DNA from: Alloascoidea hylecoeti
Taxonomy: Eukaryota
NCBI GenBank assembly: GCA_001600815.1
Contig: BCKZ01000001.1
Span: forward strand, 2,018,804 to 2,082,803
Reading direction: 5' to 3'
Length of the DNA stretch: 64,000 bases
Below the pieces are notes generated by a model, which was given only the letters and a program-made list of their open reading frames with translations, did no database searches and was not told where the DNA came from. The position numbers were made by a program, and so were the translations under genes. Shown piece by piece: positions 39,040 to 50,616 of the stretch; position 1 is the first letter of the stretch; the number at the start of each line of letters is the position of its first letter.

Positions 39040-40372
39040 CAATTCCAATTCCAATTCCAATTCCAATTCCAATTCCAATTCCAATACCGATACCGATACC
39101 GATACCAATACAACAATCAGCTCAAACAATATTACATTGAAATCATCTCCAACAACTCAAAGCACTATACAAAACGTTAAACTTAGAATGCCAACAAGTA
39201 ATAGTATGATTGCATTACATGGAATAATAGCACATGCGAAAGATATTGAAGTTCGTATGGGTTCAATTAGATCTTCTTTATACGCTGCTGAAAAGGAAAA
39301 ATCTGAACAGATAAAAACTAAAAGACAAAATCAAAAATCAAAATCAAAATCAAAATTAAAATCAACAACTTCAAAATCAAAATCAACTAATAATAATAAT
39401 AATAATAATAATTTAAATAATAATCATAATCAAAATAATGATTCACCTATAATAAATATTCAAGCTCATAGAAGAAAATTAAATCAAGATAGAGTATTAC
39501 GGGTTTTAAGTGGTACTCATAATAGAGATAATAACATTGAACAACAACAATTACAATTACCAACAATTGAAAATATTAATAATAATGAAATCCAATTACA
39601 AAATATTAAAAAATCTCAATTATCAAGAATTAATAAATTCAATAAACCATTTGGTGATTTAGAAACAATCCCTGCATCACCATCACCATCAAAAGTACCA
39701 ACATCATTAACAAATTCAATTACAAAATCAATTAATAGAAGTGTTTCTCCTAGTAAATTATCTACATCCACACGACAAGGAAATTCAGCGTTTACCCTTA
39801 TCCCATTATCATCAAATTCAAAATCAAAATCAAATACCATTAATGAACCTGAATCTCCAACACTTCGAAAATCTCAATTACGTATTCCTAAAACATCATC
39901 AGTTTTCAATTTAAAAGATTTAGCTATAAATACAACAAATGATAATAACAATACTGGCGGTACATGTAAAATATTACAACAAACTTCAATATCTTCATCA
40001 GATATAAGAAATCGAAGAAAAACTTTACAATTTTCAAATTATCGACAATCTAATATTACTTTTAATAGACCACAATCTGAATTAACATCAAGAAGAAAAT
40101 CAACAAATATATTTTATAGATCAAAATCAACAGCACCTGATTCTAGAACTCCTCGACCTTTGGATCATACTCATACTAATTTTATTAATAATAATGAAAA
40201 TATAAATTTAAATAAATCAAGAGATAGTTTAAACACACCAACATCGGTTTATTCTTCAATTACTAATGATAAAAAAGATTCAAGATTTTTACATGCAAAA
40301 ACAAATTCTTTACCAATGCTTGGTTTTGGATTAAGACAAAGTGAAAGTTTAGGACATGGGAAACCAATTTAA
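38120..40372 (+). CDS. NudE/Ndl1-family nuclear distribution coiled-coil protein with a long low-complexity tail
   Basis: LETELSEFQSSSRELESELENEL and KLRDVEITNDDLEQHER are NudE coiled-coil motifs. First ATG at 38120. Confidence 0.85.
38999..39107 (+). repeat. Compound microsatellite (AAT)n-(TCCAAT)n-(ACCGAT)n encoding poly-N, (SN)n and (TD)n in the NudE gene
   Basis: Seen directly in the sequence. Confidence 0.9.
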
Positions 40373-40833
40373 TTATATGTTTAAAATTATATAAATGTAT
40401 AAGTTAATGCATATTATAATGAATAAAAATAGGTTTGGCTTTCTTTTTGTACCACATGTTAGCGTTGTTAAATATCATAGTATTCACCTGTACCAAATGA
40501 TATTTGCCTAAGGATCACATACCAGATAATCATGATTAAAACATTCTTTTATACGGGCACATATAGAGCAACTCATTCAACACTTCCTATAACGTTTGGT
40601 CGACTGGATATTCCTTGATTAAATGTTCAACTGATTCCTCCTCGGAACCCAGCAACAGATCAGCTGTTGTATTACCCGGATTGTAATTTATCTAGTGGTA
40701 GGTTTAAATTTACGATGGGTAGCTCCTGTCAACTACAACGTATAAAATATATTACCGGTATAAGATAACCTTTTTTCGTAAATATTAATTTTATATTTGA
40801 AATTGGTAATTACATATATATATATGAAATTAT

Positions 40834-42747
40834 TTAAATCAAAAAGGCAGCAATAACACTAATAACTATAAAAGTTGAAAGATATTTAGCATTGATCGAT
40901 ACTCCAGAATTTGAACTCTCCACCAAAGGAGTTGTTACATTACTTGAAATACTAAGACCATTGTTATTGATAGTAGAACTGGATGGATATAAAGAAGCGC
41001 TTGCAATTGAAGTAGGAACAGTTTTTGTTAATGTTAATGTTAATGAAGTTTCAATAGATGAGTGTCCATTATGAGAATGTGGAGCTGATGGAGTAGCACT
41101 TTCAATTGAAGTAGTACATGGAACAATTCTTGTTAATGTGATTGTTCCAATTGTAATATACTCAGTTGTTAAACTATTATCTATGGTTGAAATGGATGGA
41201 TTCTCATTATGAGTATTTGGAATTTCTGCTGATACTGGTGATGGAGAAGTGCTTGCAGTTGAAGTAGTACATGGAACAGTTGTTGTTAATGTTACTAAAG
41301 TTTCAATAGTAGTTGTTAAAGTAGTATAAGTTGAAATCAAGGTAGTTGGAATTCCAGTACAATGATGATCTTTACAACTAGTTATAGTACTAACAGTTGT
41401 TGTAATCGCTTCAATAGTAACAAGTCTAGTTACAGTATTTGATATCAAAGTTGGAATTAGTACCGCATCATTAGTAGTAGTTGTGGCATTACCATAGCTA
41501 GATGTATATATGGCAATTGATATTGGTTGCAAAGTTGAGATTGATGAATAAGCAACAGTATTTGAAGTAGCTGGATCAGCTGAAATTGATTGTGGTGTGG
41601 AGATTGATGAAGAAACAATAGTACTAGGAGTAACTGAAGCACTTGAAATTGAATCCAAAGTCGAAATTGATGAAGAAACAACAGTATTTGAAGTAGCTGG
41701 ATCAGCTGAAATTGATTGCGGTGTTGAGATTGATAAAGAAACAATAGTACTAGAAGTAGCTGAAGCGGAGCCCGAGGAAATTGGAGAGCAAACTGGATTC
41801 ACAGGAGCTGAAAGCAATATATTTTTTATTTTTGAAGCAAATGAACTTCCATCAATAACATTAGAAAAGGCCTGACTTGCATCCCATTGAGAAATACCAC
41901 CAAATGAACAATTCGATGATATTTGATCAACTGTGCTTTTAATAACAGATGGCTCAACATATCCAGAACCGGCAGCAGATGAAGAACCAGCAACACCAAG
42001 ATATAGTTTCACATCTTTATTTTTTGACACTGTTTTGGCATAATTAGACCACGTATTCCAATTAAATCCAGTTCCAATTGAGCAAGCATTATTATAAAAT
42101 TGAATGAAAATCCAATCAAGAATAGAATTTTCTAAAACATCACTGAGACTTGAATCAGGATAAACACATTGTGGAGAAGCACTAATAAAATATTGTTTCG
42201 ATGTAGGGGAAGTTTTGAATAGGTCTCTTAATTTTGAAACAAGTGAAACATAACCAGTTTGACTTCCATTTTCGATATCTAAATCGAATCCATCAACAAC
42301 AGCATCATCAAAAGGTCGTGTTGTACCATTGCCTTCACCAACAAGGTTCCAAAGAGTTTCTGCAAATGTTGTAGCTTCTGTATTACTTGAAAATCCATAA
42401 TCTCCAATAGCACCACCTAATGATAACAAAACTCTCTTACCAAGTGACTGACAGGTTTTAATGTCATTTGCAATATTTGGACAATGTAACAATGATTTGG
42501 TACCTGGGTAAACATTTCCACAGGCATTAGCGAAATTAAGCCCTGGAACGCCGTCTACACCAGGAAAAACATTCATAAATGATAATATAACAATATCAAC
42601 GTTGTCTGTACAGTAAGAAGCAAGGCTACCTTGATTTAAAGCAGAATTCTGACCCCAATAAACAACACTATTTTTGCTACTCAAAGGATCAAAAGCTGCT
42701 TGAATTGATGAAGCTGCAATCAATAATAATAACAAAGAAGAAAACAT
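40834..42747 (-). CDS. Secreted GH18 class III chitinase with Ser/Thr stalk and probable GPI signal (Cts1/Cht2-like)
   Basis: Signal peptide MFSSLLLLLIAASSIQA, VVYWGQNS, LLSLGGA, catalytic DGFDLDIE, APQC and FIQFYNN. ITSCKDHHC flocculin-like motif and a hydrophobic C-terminus. Confidence 0.92.
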   Translation of the reverse strand: MFSSLLLLLIAASSIQAAFDPLSSKNSVVYWGQNSALNQGSLASYCTDNVDIVILSFMNVFPGVDGVPGLNFANACGNVYPGTKSLLHCPNIANDIKTCQSLGKRVLLSLGGAIGDYGFSSNTEATTFAETLWNLVGEGNGTTRPFDDAVVDGFDLDIENGSQTGYVSLVSKLRDLFKTSPTSKQYFISASPQCVYPDSSLSDVLENSILDWIFIQFYNNACSIGTGFNWNTWSNYAKTVSKNKDVKLYLGVAGSSSAAGSGYVEPSVIKSTVDQISSNCSFGGISQWDASQAFSNVIDGSSFASKIKNILLSAPVNPVCSPISSGSASATSSTIVSLSISTPQSISADPATSNTVVSSSISTLDSISSASVTPSTIVSSSISTPQSISADPATSNTVAYSSISTLQPISIAIYTSSYGNATTTTNDAVLIPTLISNTVTRLVTIEAITTTVSTITSCKDHHCTGIPTTLISTYTTLTTTIETLVTLTTTVPCTTSTASTSPSPVSAEIPNTHNENPSISTIDNSLTTEYITIGTITLTRIVPCTTSIESATPSAPHSHNGHSSIETSLTLTLTKTVPTSIASASLYPSSSTINNNGLSISSNVTTPLVESSNSGVSINAKYLSTFIVISVIAAFLI

Positions 42748-44045
42748 TTTACGAGACGAATTGAAAATAATAATTAAATGAATGTAGACAATAATATTAA
42801 TAGGGATTTTAAAGGAGAGTAATCTATTAATTAATTGTAGTTGTAATAAAACGTATATTATTTTGTCTTTTTGGCTTTTTATTGAAATCGAAATTAACAA
42901 GGCTTTATATATTTTATTTATTTATAAGCAAAACCAATATAGGTTCTCCGACATATTAATAAGGCATTCAAAAGTTTAAACTACACTGCAAGGAAAGTTT
43001 AAATATAAAGCTTACACACTCTCTACAAATAGAAATTGCAATACTTTGTACAAATCAATTTGAAGTATACATGTATGTAAAGAGATCAATATTAGTTGCA
43101 AGATTTATTTCCAAGTTCTGCGACATGAAGAAGAGCCATTGAAAAGGAACAAATAATTGGTAATAATAATAAATTTGGTATGAAAGATGTAAAGCCGTTG
43201 CAGTTTTTTTAAAGTTTATTTTATGTAACTTCCACTTCCCAGAAGATGGGCGGCTAAAGTAAATGATAATACATTTTTCCAGTTATGAGTCATTTTGCCA
43301 ACTAAATTGGAGGTCTCGGCTGTCAAAATGAATTTAAAGTAAATATCAGGTATGTTAATTGTAATGATAAACCCTGATGAACAATCTTCTTATACACGTG
43401 ATACTTTAAATTTCACGCTATATAAATCATTTAATTTGGTAAATAAAAAAATAAGGCCTTATAACAGTAGAATCACGATTGGTTTTATTATCGTTATCGT
43501 TATCAGATATTACCATTATAGAAGATGATTTAAATAAATTGAAGAAAAACAATATATAATTGTGATTAGAATTCCGTAACTGTCTCAAATACGAGACTGC
43601 ATAATCAAACCCTTACATAAGGTTAACTGCGCCATTCGATCGTCAAACTTCACCGATGTGATAAACTGGATATAATTGGAAAGACAAAGGAATATATTAG
43701 TGTGCCACTTATGTAGTCGTCAAGCAGAGATGATTTTCTAAACCACGTTTGTGATTTCACGGAGTAACAGTAAACGAATTAGGCAGCGAATGTTATTGTA
43801 AAATTAGTTGAATAAAATTAGTTTCATAAGACTAATTCATTTTATATTTTCGAGGTATATTTTTCACATAATATTCACTAAATCCAATGCAACCAACGAA
43901 TTGAAGTATGCGATTGAGGATTATCTTTTTTACTGGAAATATTATATATCGAAATCAGCATTAAGCAAAGAGCACTCATTTATTTATTACACTTGTAGAA
44001 AACAAACAAAAAATTGACTTTTAAATTTATATAATAATTAATGAA

Positions 44046-46073
44046 TTATGTCATGTAATATTTTGGACCATCTCCACCTTCTGGTACAGACCAATTTATA
44101 TCCTGATCTGGTGTTTTTATATCACAAGTTTTACAATGTATACAATTTTGTGAATTAATTTGAAATTTAACACCTTCTTTTGCAGTGCTATCTTCAAGAT
44201 ATTCATAAACACCAGCGGGACAAAACCTTTGTTCAATACCTTTATATTTTGGAAATGATGTTGTTGTATGTTTAATTAAATGTGAATCTGTATTGACATT
44301 TAATGAATTTATCTCTTCTGATTGTTTTGGCAAATTTGTTAATTTCAAATGACATGGTTCATCTTCATCATGATTTGTACCTGTTCTTGATACAGAAGTT
44401 AAGATATCAAATGATAATATACCATCAGGTTTTGGATATTCAATTTTATTAAATGATGATGCTAATTTTGTTATACCTGCATCACCGGTACTTGGTAATT
44501 TATGTTTCAAAGTCCATGGTTCTTTACCTCTAGTTAAAAATGTTGCAAATCCAGAATATGCTAATCCTCCATATAATTTTAGTGGATTATGAAATGATGG
44601 TCTAACATTACGAACTGAATGAAGTTCTTTATATGCCCAAGATTTTTCAAAATTTTCTTCATAAGCTTTTAAAACTGGTGGAGTTGTAATTTCATCAATT
44701 GATTGTTCTGATACTGTACCTAAGTATTTAAAGATTTCTTCAGCTGCTAATAAACCTGATTTCATTGCAGTATGTGAACCTTTAACTTTTGGAACATTCA
44801 TAAATCCAGCAGAAGCACCAACTAATACACCACCTGGGAAATATAGTTTTGGAATTGATTGTAAACCACCTTCATTTAAAGCTCTAGCTCCATAACTAAT
44901 ACATTTACCACCTTTTAGAGCTTTTGCAAATAAAGGATGATGCTTTAATTTTTGAAATTCCTGATATGGTGAAACCCAAGGATTTGTATAGTCTAATCCA
45001 ACAACTAAACCAACTGTAATTAAACCATCACCAAAATGATATTGAAAAGCACCACCATAAACTGAAGGAGATAATGGATAACCCATTGTATGTATAACAG
45101 TTCCATTTTTAAAATTTTCTTTTGGAACTTCCCAAACTTCTTTTATACCTAAGCCATAAGTTTGTGGATTTTTACCTTCTCTTAAATTATATTTTTTAAT
45201 AATTTGTTTTGAGCATGATCCATGACAACCTTCAGCAAAAACAGTTACTTTAGCGTGAAATTCCATACCTCTTTGAAAAGAATCTTTTGGTAATCCATCT
45301 TTCCCGATACCCATATCATTTGTTGCAATACCTTTCACAGCATCATTTTCATCATAAATAATTTCAGAAGCAGATATACCAGGATAAACTTCAACACCCA
45401 ACTCCTCTGCTTTTTCAGCTAAATATTTTGTAACTTGATTTAAAGATACAATATAATTATTTCCTTTATTTATCATTTGTGGTGGTTCAGGAACTGGTAT
45501 ACTAAACCGTTTAGTTAAAAATTTCATATGGTCATGTTGAACTAAAGTTTTATATTCATCAGGTAGCGGAATATCAACTGGATCATCTGGATCACAGTCA
45601 TTTGGAAATAATTCTCTTAAAGCAATTGGTTCAATCACAGCACCCGATAAAACATGATTCCCCATATCTGGAGCTTTTTCTAAAACAACGATTCGTAATT
45701 CACCAGTGCCATGTTCTTCATCTAATTGTTTGAGCTTTATAGCAGTTGTTAAGCCAGCAGGACCGCCACCAACTATAACTACATCAACCTCATCGGCTTC
45801 ACGTGGTTCTCTGAGTAGACTTAATAATTCTTCATCATGATCTTGCTGATGGGGGATCAATGAAGTGGAAAATAATCTCCGGGAAACAGGAAAACAATTA
45901 TACTGAGCACGAGTATTATTTAGAAGTGGTTTCCATTGGGAATTGAGGACTGAGCTGGATGGTTGAGGACAGAGACGAAAAGCTGTGTATACTGGTGAAT
46001 GACTCAACTTCCATGGGCATAAACGGGTGCCAATTGCCGAAGTCTTCCCAGCTATCAATCTGGATCTATACAT
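44046..46073 (-). CDS. CIR2: Electron transfer flavoprotein-ubiquinone oxidoreductase
   Basis: DVVIVGGGPAG FAD motif, HVLSGAVIEP, NVPKVKGSHTAMKSG, and 4Fe-4S motifs RFCPAGVYE and NCIHCKTCDIK. N-terminal mitochondrial presequence. Confidence 0.95.
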   Translation of the reverse strand: MYRSRLIAGKTSAIGTRLCPWKLSHSPVYTAFRLCPQPSSSVLNSQWKPLLNNTRAQYNCFPVSRRLFSTSLIPHQQDHDEELLSLLREPREADEVDVVIVGGGPAGLTTAIKLKQLDEEHGTGELRIVVLEKAPDMGNHVLSGAVIEPIALRELFPNDCDPDDPVDIPLPDEYKTLVQHDHMKFLTKRFSIPVPEPPQMINKGNNYIVSLNQVTKYLAEKAEELGVEVYPGISASEIIYDENDAVKGIATNDMGIGKDGLPKDSFQRGMEFHAKVTVFAEGCHGSCSKQIIKKYNLREGKNPQTYGLGIKEVWEVPKENFKNGTVIHTMGYPLSPSVYGGAFQYHFGDGLITVGLVVGLDYTNPWVSPYQEFQKLKHHPLFAKALKGGKCISYGARALNEGGLQSIPKLYFPGGVLVGASAGFMNVPKVKGSHTAMKSGLLAAEEIFKYLGTVSEQSIDEITTPPVLKAYEENFEKSWAYKELHSVRNVRPSFHNPLKLYGGLAYSGFATFLTRGKEPWTLKHKLPSTGDAGITKLASSFNKIEYPKPDGILSFDILTSVSRTGTNHDEDEPCHLKLTNLPKQSEEINSLNVNTDSHLIKHTTTSFPKYKGIEQRFCPAGVYEYLEDSTAKEGVKFQINSQNCIHCKTCDIKTPDQDINWSVPEGGDGPKYYMT

Positions 46074-47559
46074 CGGTCATAAAACAGATATAATTTACAG
46101 GAAAGGCTATTTTGCTTCTAAGATTCTAGGAGCTCTTGTTTATATAGATTCTGGGAAGTTGCGGAAGTTTGCGGGTCTGGAAAAAAATAAGTAGAGCCTT
46201 TACTCCAGAAAATACGAAAACTGGAGGTGTGGGAGCCCGGCCAATCAGCACTCACTATTTGTAAGACAAGGCCGCTCACCACCTCAAACATAGCCGGTGA
46301 GGCTGCCGTCCCGGGCTCCCGAGGTTCCCCTCAGACCTCATGATCCTCATGTGATCCTCCACTGGCTCTTGTTTTTTTTGGCTGTATCCTGCTCCCACGT
46401 CTTTAGCGGTACCCTTTTAATTTGGAACTCCAAACTCCTTGTTCATTGGTAACGTGTGGGTTGGGCCCAAGCAATATTATAATGTATACTCTTGTCTGAT
46501 ATTCATTTACAGATATATTACAATAGTAACAAAAACTCTCTACTAAAGGATGATCATGATAGTATTTATTGAATATAATATGAATTGGGGCTTGGACTAA
46601 ATACTAAATTTGATTAATATGTGGGTGAGGGTCACCTAGGCGGACCGTGGTAATTAATAATCACATGCTTGATCTCATAAACTCATATGACACGAAAAAT
46701 TCTGATGTTGACATAGGACCTCACTGCCTCACGCATTCTACATTCTCTTCTTATAATATTGTCGTAGGAAAACGCATAGCTACTCCCGGAAGTTTAGTAG
46801 GTAAACACCCATACACTCATCATAAAAAAATGTTACAGTGCTTGATCAAGCTAGAAGATATAATATATAATTGCTCTTATTGGTTTTTGCCAGGATTATG
46901 CATATGAAGAAAATTTAGTGTTTATATATTCTGCTTACTCTTCATGATAATATGCATAATTATCCTTATTTTATAAATAAACTATTTAAATATTTTTTAG
47001 CCGTATATTTATAATATATCATTTTCAATATATCAAAATATATCAAAACAAGAAATAACTTTCAATTGTAATCGCAATTATTGATAGAAAACGAAAAGTT
47101 AATTATATAATTATAACTTTAATTAACACATTCAACATAAAATTAAAGTACTTTTTCCTATAAAATATATATCAATTGCAATTTCGACAAGTCATATGAA
47201 ATAAACAAATAAAATGATGAAAGCATATGTATAGGTGAAAAATATGAAATGTAACCAATAATTTATAAATATAAAAACAATTTTAATTTGAAAAAAAAAA
47301 AATTCAAATGATTAATGCATATGATATTTGATAATGATAAGCAATAATAATAAGCAATGGTAATAAGCCAGAATGAATAATTATTTTAAACAAGAATAAG
47401 GAATAATAATAAGCAATAGTAATAAGCAAAATTAATTTATAATATATATATGAGTAGTAATAATATTAATAAGGTGAAAAAATGTGGTTCTAATTGCTCT
47501 ACCAGAGAACAATATCATTAAAATTGAAAATTTGAAAAGAAAAAGTTTTGTCACTTTTT

Positions 47560-50316
47560 CTATGAATATAAAATTGTTAAAATAGGTTCTCCAGTAGGAG
47601 CTCTTTCACAACCATTATCAATAGGTATACCATTTTCTTCTTCAACATTTTCATCAACAATATCATCATATCTCCAATCTCTAATTAAATCAAATGCCAT
47701 TTCAACATCTTCTTCAGATTGTAAATTAATTAAATCACCATCTTCATCTTTATATCTAATCAATGGATCATTTGGTAAATTATTTGATCTTCTTTTAATT
47801 TTTGTTTCTAATTTTGTTTTTAATTGTTGAAATGTTGTATCTGGTGATACAATTAATGTGAAAGAATCTTTTTGATATAATAATTTAATTCTAATTTTAT
47901 CATCAATTATTGTTGATGATGATGATTGTGATGGTGATTGTAAATTACTTGCATTTGATGGTTTTATATTATGTGCTGTTGAATGATCTAAATTAGATGT
48001 TGAAAATGATGAAGAAGGAGTTGATATTGTTGTTGATTTGAATGATGCTGATGAAATTGATGATGGATATTGTTCAGTAATATTACCATTATGATCATAT
48101 GAATTAACTCTTGATCTTGAATGAATTGAATTTAAATCATTAACTGATTTTTTATGTATTGGAACAGGTGGTAAATCATTTGGTAATGGTGGTAAAGCAG
48201 GATAACCAAAATTATGATTTGGTGTTGAAGGTGTTAATGGGGTATCTAAAATATTTGGTGTACTAACTGATCTATTTCTTAAATCTTGATTAATATCATT
48301 ATTACCAATTCCAATATTTGTATTTGATCCTTTTCTTAAATCTAAATTACTTATTGTTGACATTGCTCTTCCAATAGATGATAAATTTCTATTGGGACGA
48401 ACTTTATCAACAGGTAAACTTAAATGATTCCTATTGAAATTATTATCAAAATGTATAGAAGATTGTTGTGGTGTAGTTGAAGTTGAAGTTGTTGTTGTTG
48501 ATGGAGAAAAATCATCTTTTAAAGCAATAACTAATCTTTTTAAAGATTCACTCCATTGTTGATACATTTCTTCAGTTCTAAATCTTAAATTAAATTCACC
48601 AACATCATGATAACCAGACCATAAAATAGTTAAGGTATATAATTTTTCAGATGATGTTAAAATATCAGTAATTCTTGCAATAAATATACGACCCATTAAT
48701 TCATATGATGAAGAATTTAATTTCTTATTTTTTTTATTATTTGATGATGATTTTTTATTTGTATTATTTATATTATTTAATGTTGATGACATTGTTAAAG
48801 AAGTTGAATTATTTGTAGTTGTTGATGAAATTGATATTGGTAATGAAGTTGTTGAATTATTAATATTTGAATTTAAATTTGAATTTGAATTTGAATTTGA
48901 ATTTGAATTTGAATTTTTAATAGATGAATCTTTTTTTTGAAAAAATAATATAATTGTTTGAAATAAATAAGCATCAAAATTATTTTCTAAACTATCTTGT
49001 TCAGATGAAACACTTATAACACCATGATGTAATAAATCACCAAAACTTTCTAATTTATAACCTTTCCAATCAGTTACTTTTTCTTCTAATTCTTTCATTG
49101 TTGAAATATTTTCTAATTTTCTTTGAGTTTCATTAACATTTTTTGTTACTTTTTTAACAAGTTCTAAACTTTGTAATAATTCTTCATAATAATAATATTG
49201 ATCATTATCATTATCATTATCATTATCATTAACATTAACATTTTCATTTATAGATGATTCTTCTTTAATATTAGAATATTTTATTAATTCTTTTAAAAGT
49301 AATGGATATTTACATAATCTTTGAACAGGTTTAATTAAAAAAGATTGTAATTCATATTTTGAATCAATTAAAGTTGAAGAAGCTTTTAATTTAGCAGATT
49401 GATTTGTTATAATTTCAATTGCATCTCTTTGATTCATTGCAAAAGAATCATACATTGTAAAAAATGGAGCACCTTGTATAAATAATGAGCCAAATCTTTG
49501 TAAATGTGGAGGTAAAGAAGCTTGTAATTCAACACCAATTAAGAATTTTTGTTGAAAATCAACAATATCATTTAAATTTGGAAATAAAGTATTAATTGAA
49601 AATGAATCAATAAATTCTTTTGATTGTAATTCAATTTTATAATCAAGCATAACTTTTAAATCTTGAACATATTTTCTCTCAGTTTCTAATAATTCTCTAA
49701 TAACTTTTGATTTTGGAGTTTTTGTTTCAATTTCTTTTTCATCCATTTCTAAATCTTTGGTATTATTATTTTCAATTAATAAATTTTTAAATTCCATTTT
49801 ATCAAGTAATAAATTAATTGTTGCAATAACTCTAATTAAACCAAAAGTATCAATCATACCAGTTGAAAAAATATTTGAAATTGTAAATAATTGAGAATCT
49901 TTATAACCTAATTCAGTTTTACAAGCTTGAACAAAATTATAAACACTTCTTTTACAAATTCTAATATCATCACTTATTATAACAGGTAATTTTTTAATTT
50001 TAATTTGATTGATTTTTTCATTTTCAATTAAAACATTGAATAAAGTACATAAACCAGCACCCATTTGAGAAAACCTTGAAATTTGGGTAACAACATCAAC
50101 ACCAATGGATTCAGGTACAGCACCAATTGCAAGGATTGGAGTAGCCGGAATAGTTTTAGCAGTTCGAACATATGGTTCTAAACCAGGAACTCTTAATAAT
50201 CTTGATCGCATATTTAAACAAATTTGATAAAGAGATTTTGAAGCACTTGCAGGTCTATTCATTGCCAATGGGGCGGCAGCTACAGGAGCTGAAGGAGAAG
50301 GTTTTGGTTGAGACAT
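47560..50316 (-). CDS. CDC24: Cdc42 guanine nucleotide exchange factor (CH-DH-PH-PB1)
   Basis: SLYQICLNMRSRL, FTISNIFS, ELLETERKYVQDL, FLIKPVQRLCKYPLLLKEL and PB1 IRYKDEDGDLI. Confidence 0.93.
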   Translation of the reverse strand: MSQPKPSPSAPVAAAPLAMNRPASASKSLYQICLNMRSRLLRVPGLEPYVRTAKTIPATPILAIGAVPESIGVDVVTQISRFSQMGAGLCTLFNVLIENEKINQIKIKKLPVIISDDIRICKRSVYNFVQACKTELGYKDSQLFTISNIFSTGMIDTFGLIRVIATINLLLDKMEFKNLLIENNNTKDLEMDEKEIETKTPKSKVIRELLETERKYVQDLKVMLDYKIELQSKEFIDSFSINTLFPNLNDIVDFQQKFLIGVELQASLPPHLQRFGSLFIQGAPFFTMYDSFAMNQRDAIEIITNQSAKLKASSTLIDSKYELQSFLIKPVQRLCKYPLLLKELIKYSNIKEESSINENVNVNDNDNDNDNDQYYYYEELLQSLELVKKVTKNVNETQRKLENISTMKELEEKVTDWKGYKLESFGDLLHHGVISVSSEQDSLENNFDAYLFQTIILFFQKKDSSIKNSNSNSNSNSNSNLNSNINNSTTSLPISISSTTTNNSTSLTMSSTLNNINNTNKKSSSNNKKNKKLNSSSYELMGRIFIARITDILTSSEKLYTLTILWSGYHDVGEFNLRFRTEEMYQQWSESLKRLVIALKDDFSPSTTTTSTSTTPQQSSIHFDNNFNRNHLSLPVDKVRPNRNLSSIGRAMSTISNLDLRKGSNTNIGIGNNDINQDLRNRSVSTPNILDTPLTPSTPNHNFGYPALPPLPNDLPPVPIHKKSVNDLNSIHSRSRVNSYDHNGNITEQYPSSISSASFKSTTISTPSSSFSTSNLDHSTAHNIKPSNASNLQSPSQSSSSTIIDDKIRIKLLYQKDSFTLIVSPDTTFQQLKTKLETKIKRRSNNLPNDPLIRYKDEDGDLINLQSEEDVEMAFDLIRDWRYDDIVDENVEEENGIPIDNGCERAPTGEPILTILYS

Positions 50317-50616
50317 TTTTTGATAATTTTAGATAATACTAAAGGTACTAAAGAAATGCTTTAGCTCGAGCCCGTTTGAGTGTTGAGCAAAGAACTTGGA
50401 GGTTTTGAAATAGTAAATTGGGTATTTATTAGGTTTTCAGGCGTAAAGAAGGAAATTTGCAATTTGCGGCTCACCATGATACATAGAAGGTTTGCACATG
50501 ATATAAATATTGGTTACTTTCATCATAATTATTCGTTTATTTTTCAAATAATTTTTAAATATTTTAGATCTATTATCAAATGCTACTTAATTTTTTTTTT
50601 ATATGATATGATATAT

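Noticed and set aside
46647..46907. 86-aa GTG-started ORF, and similar short intergenic ORFs (27185-27439, 59713-60015)
   Set aside because: Non-ATG starts, no motifs and no coding-like composition.
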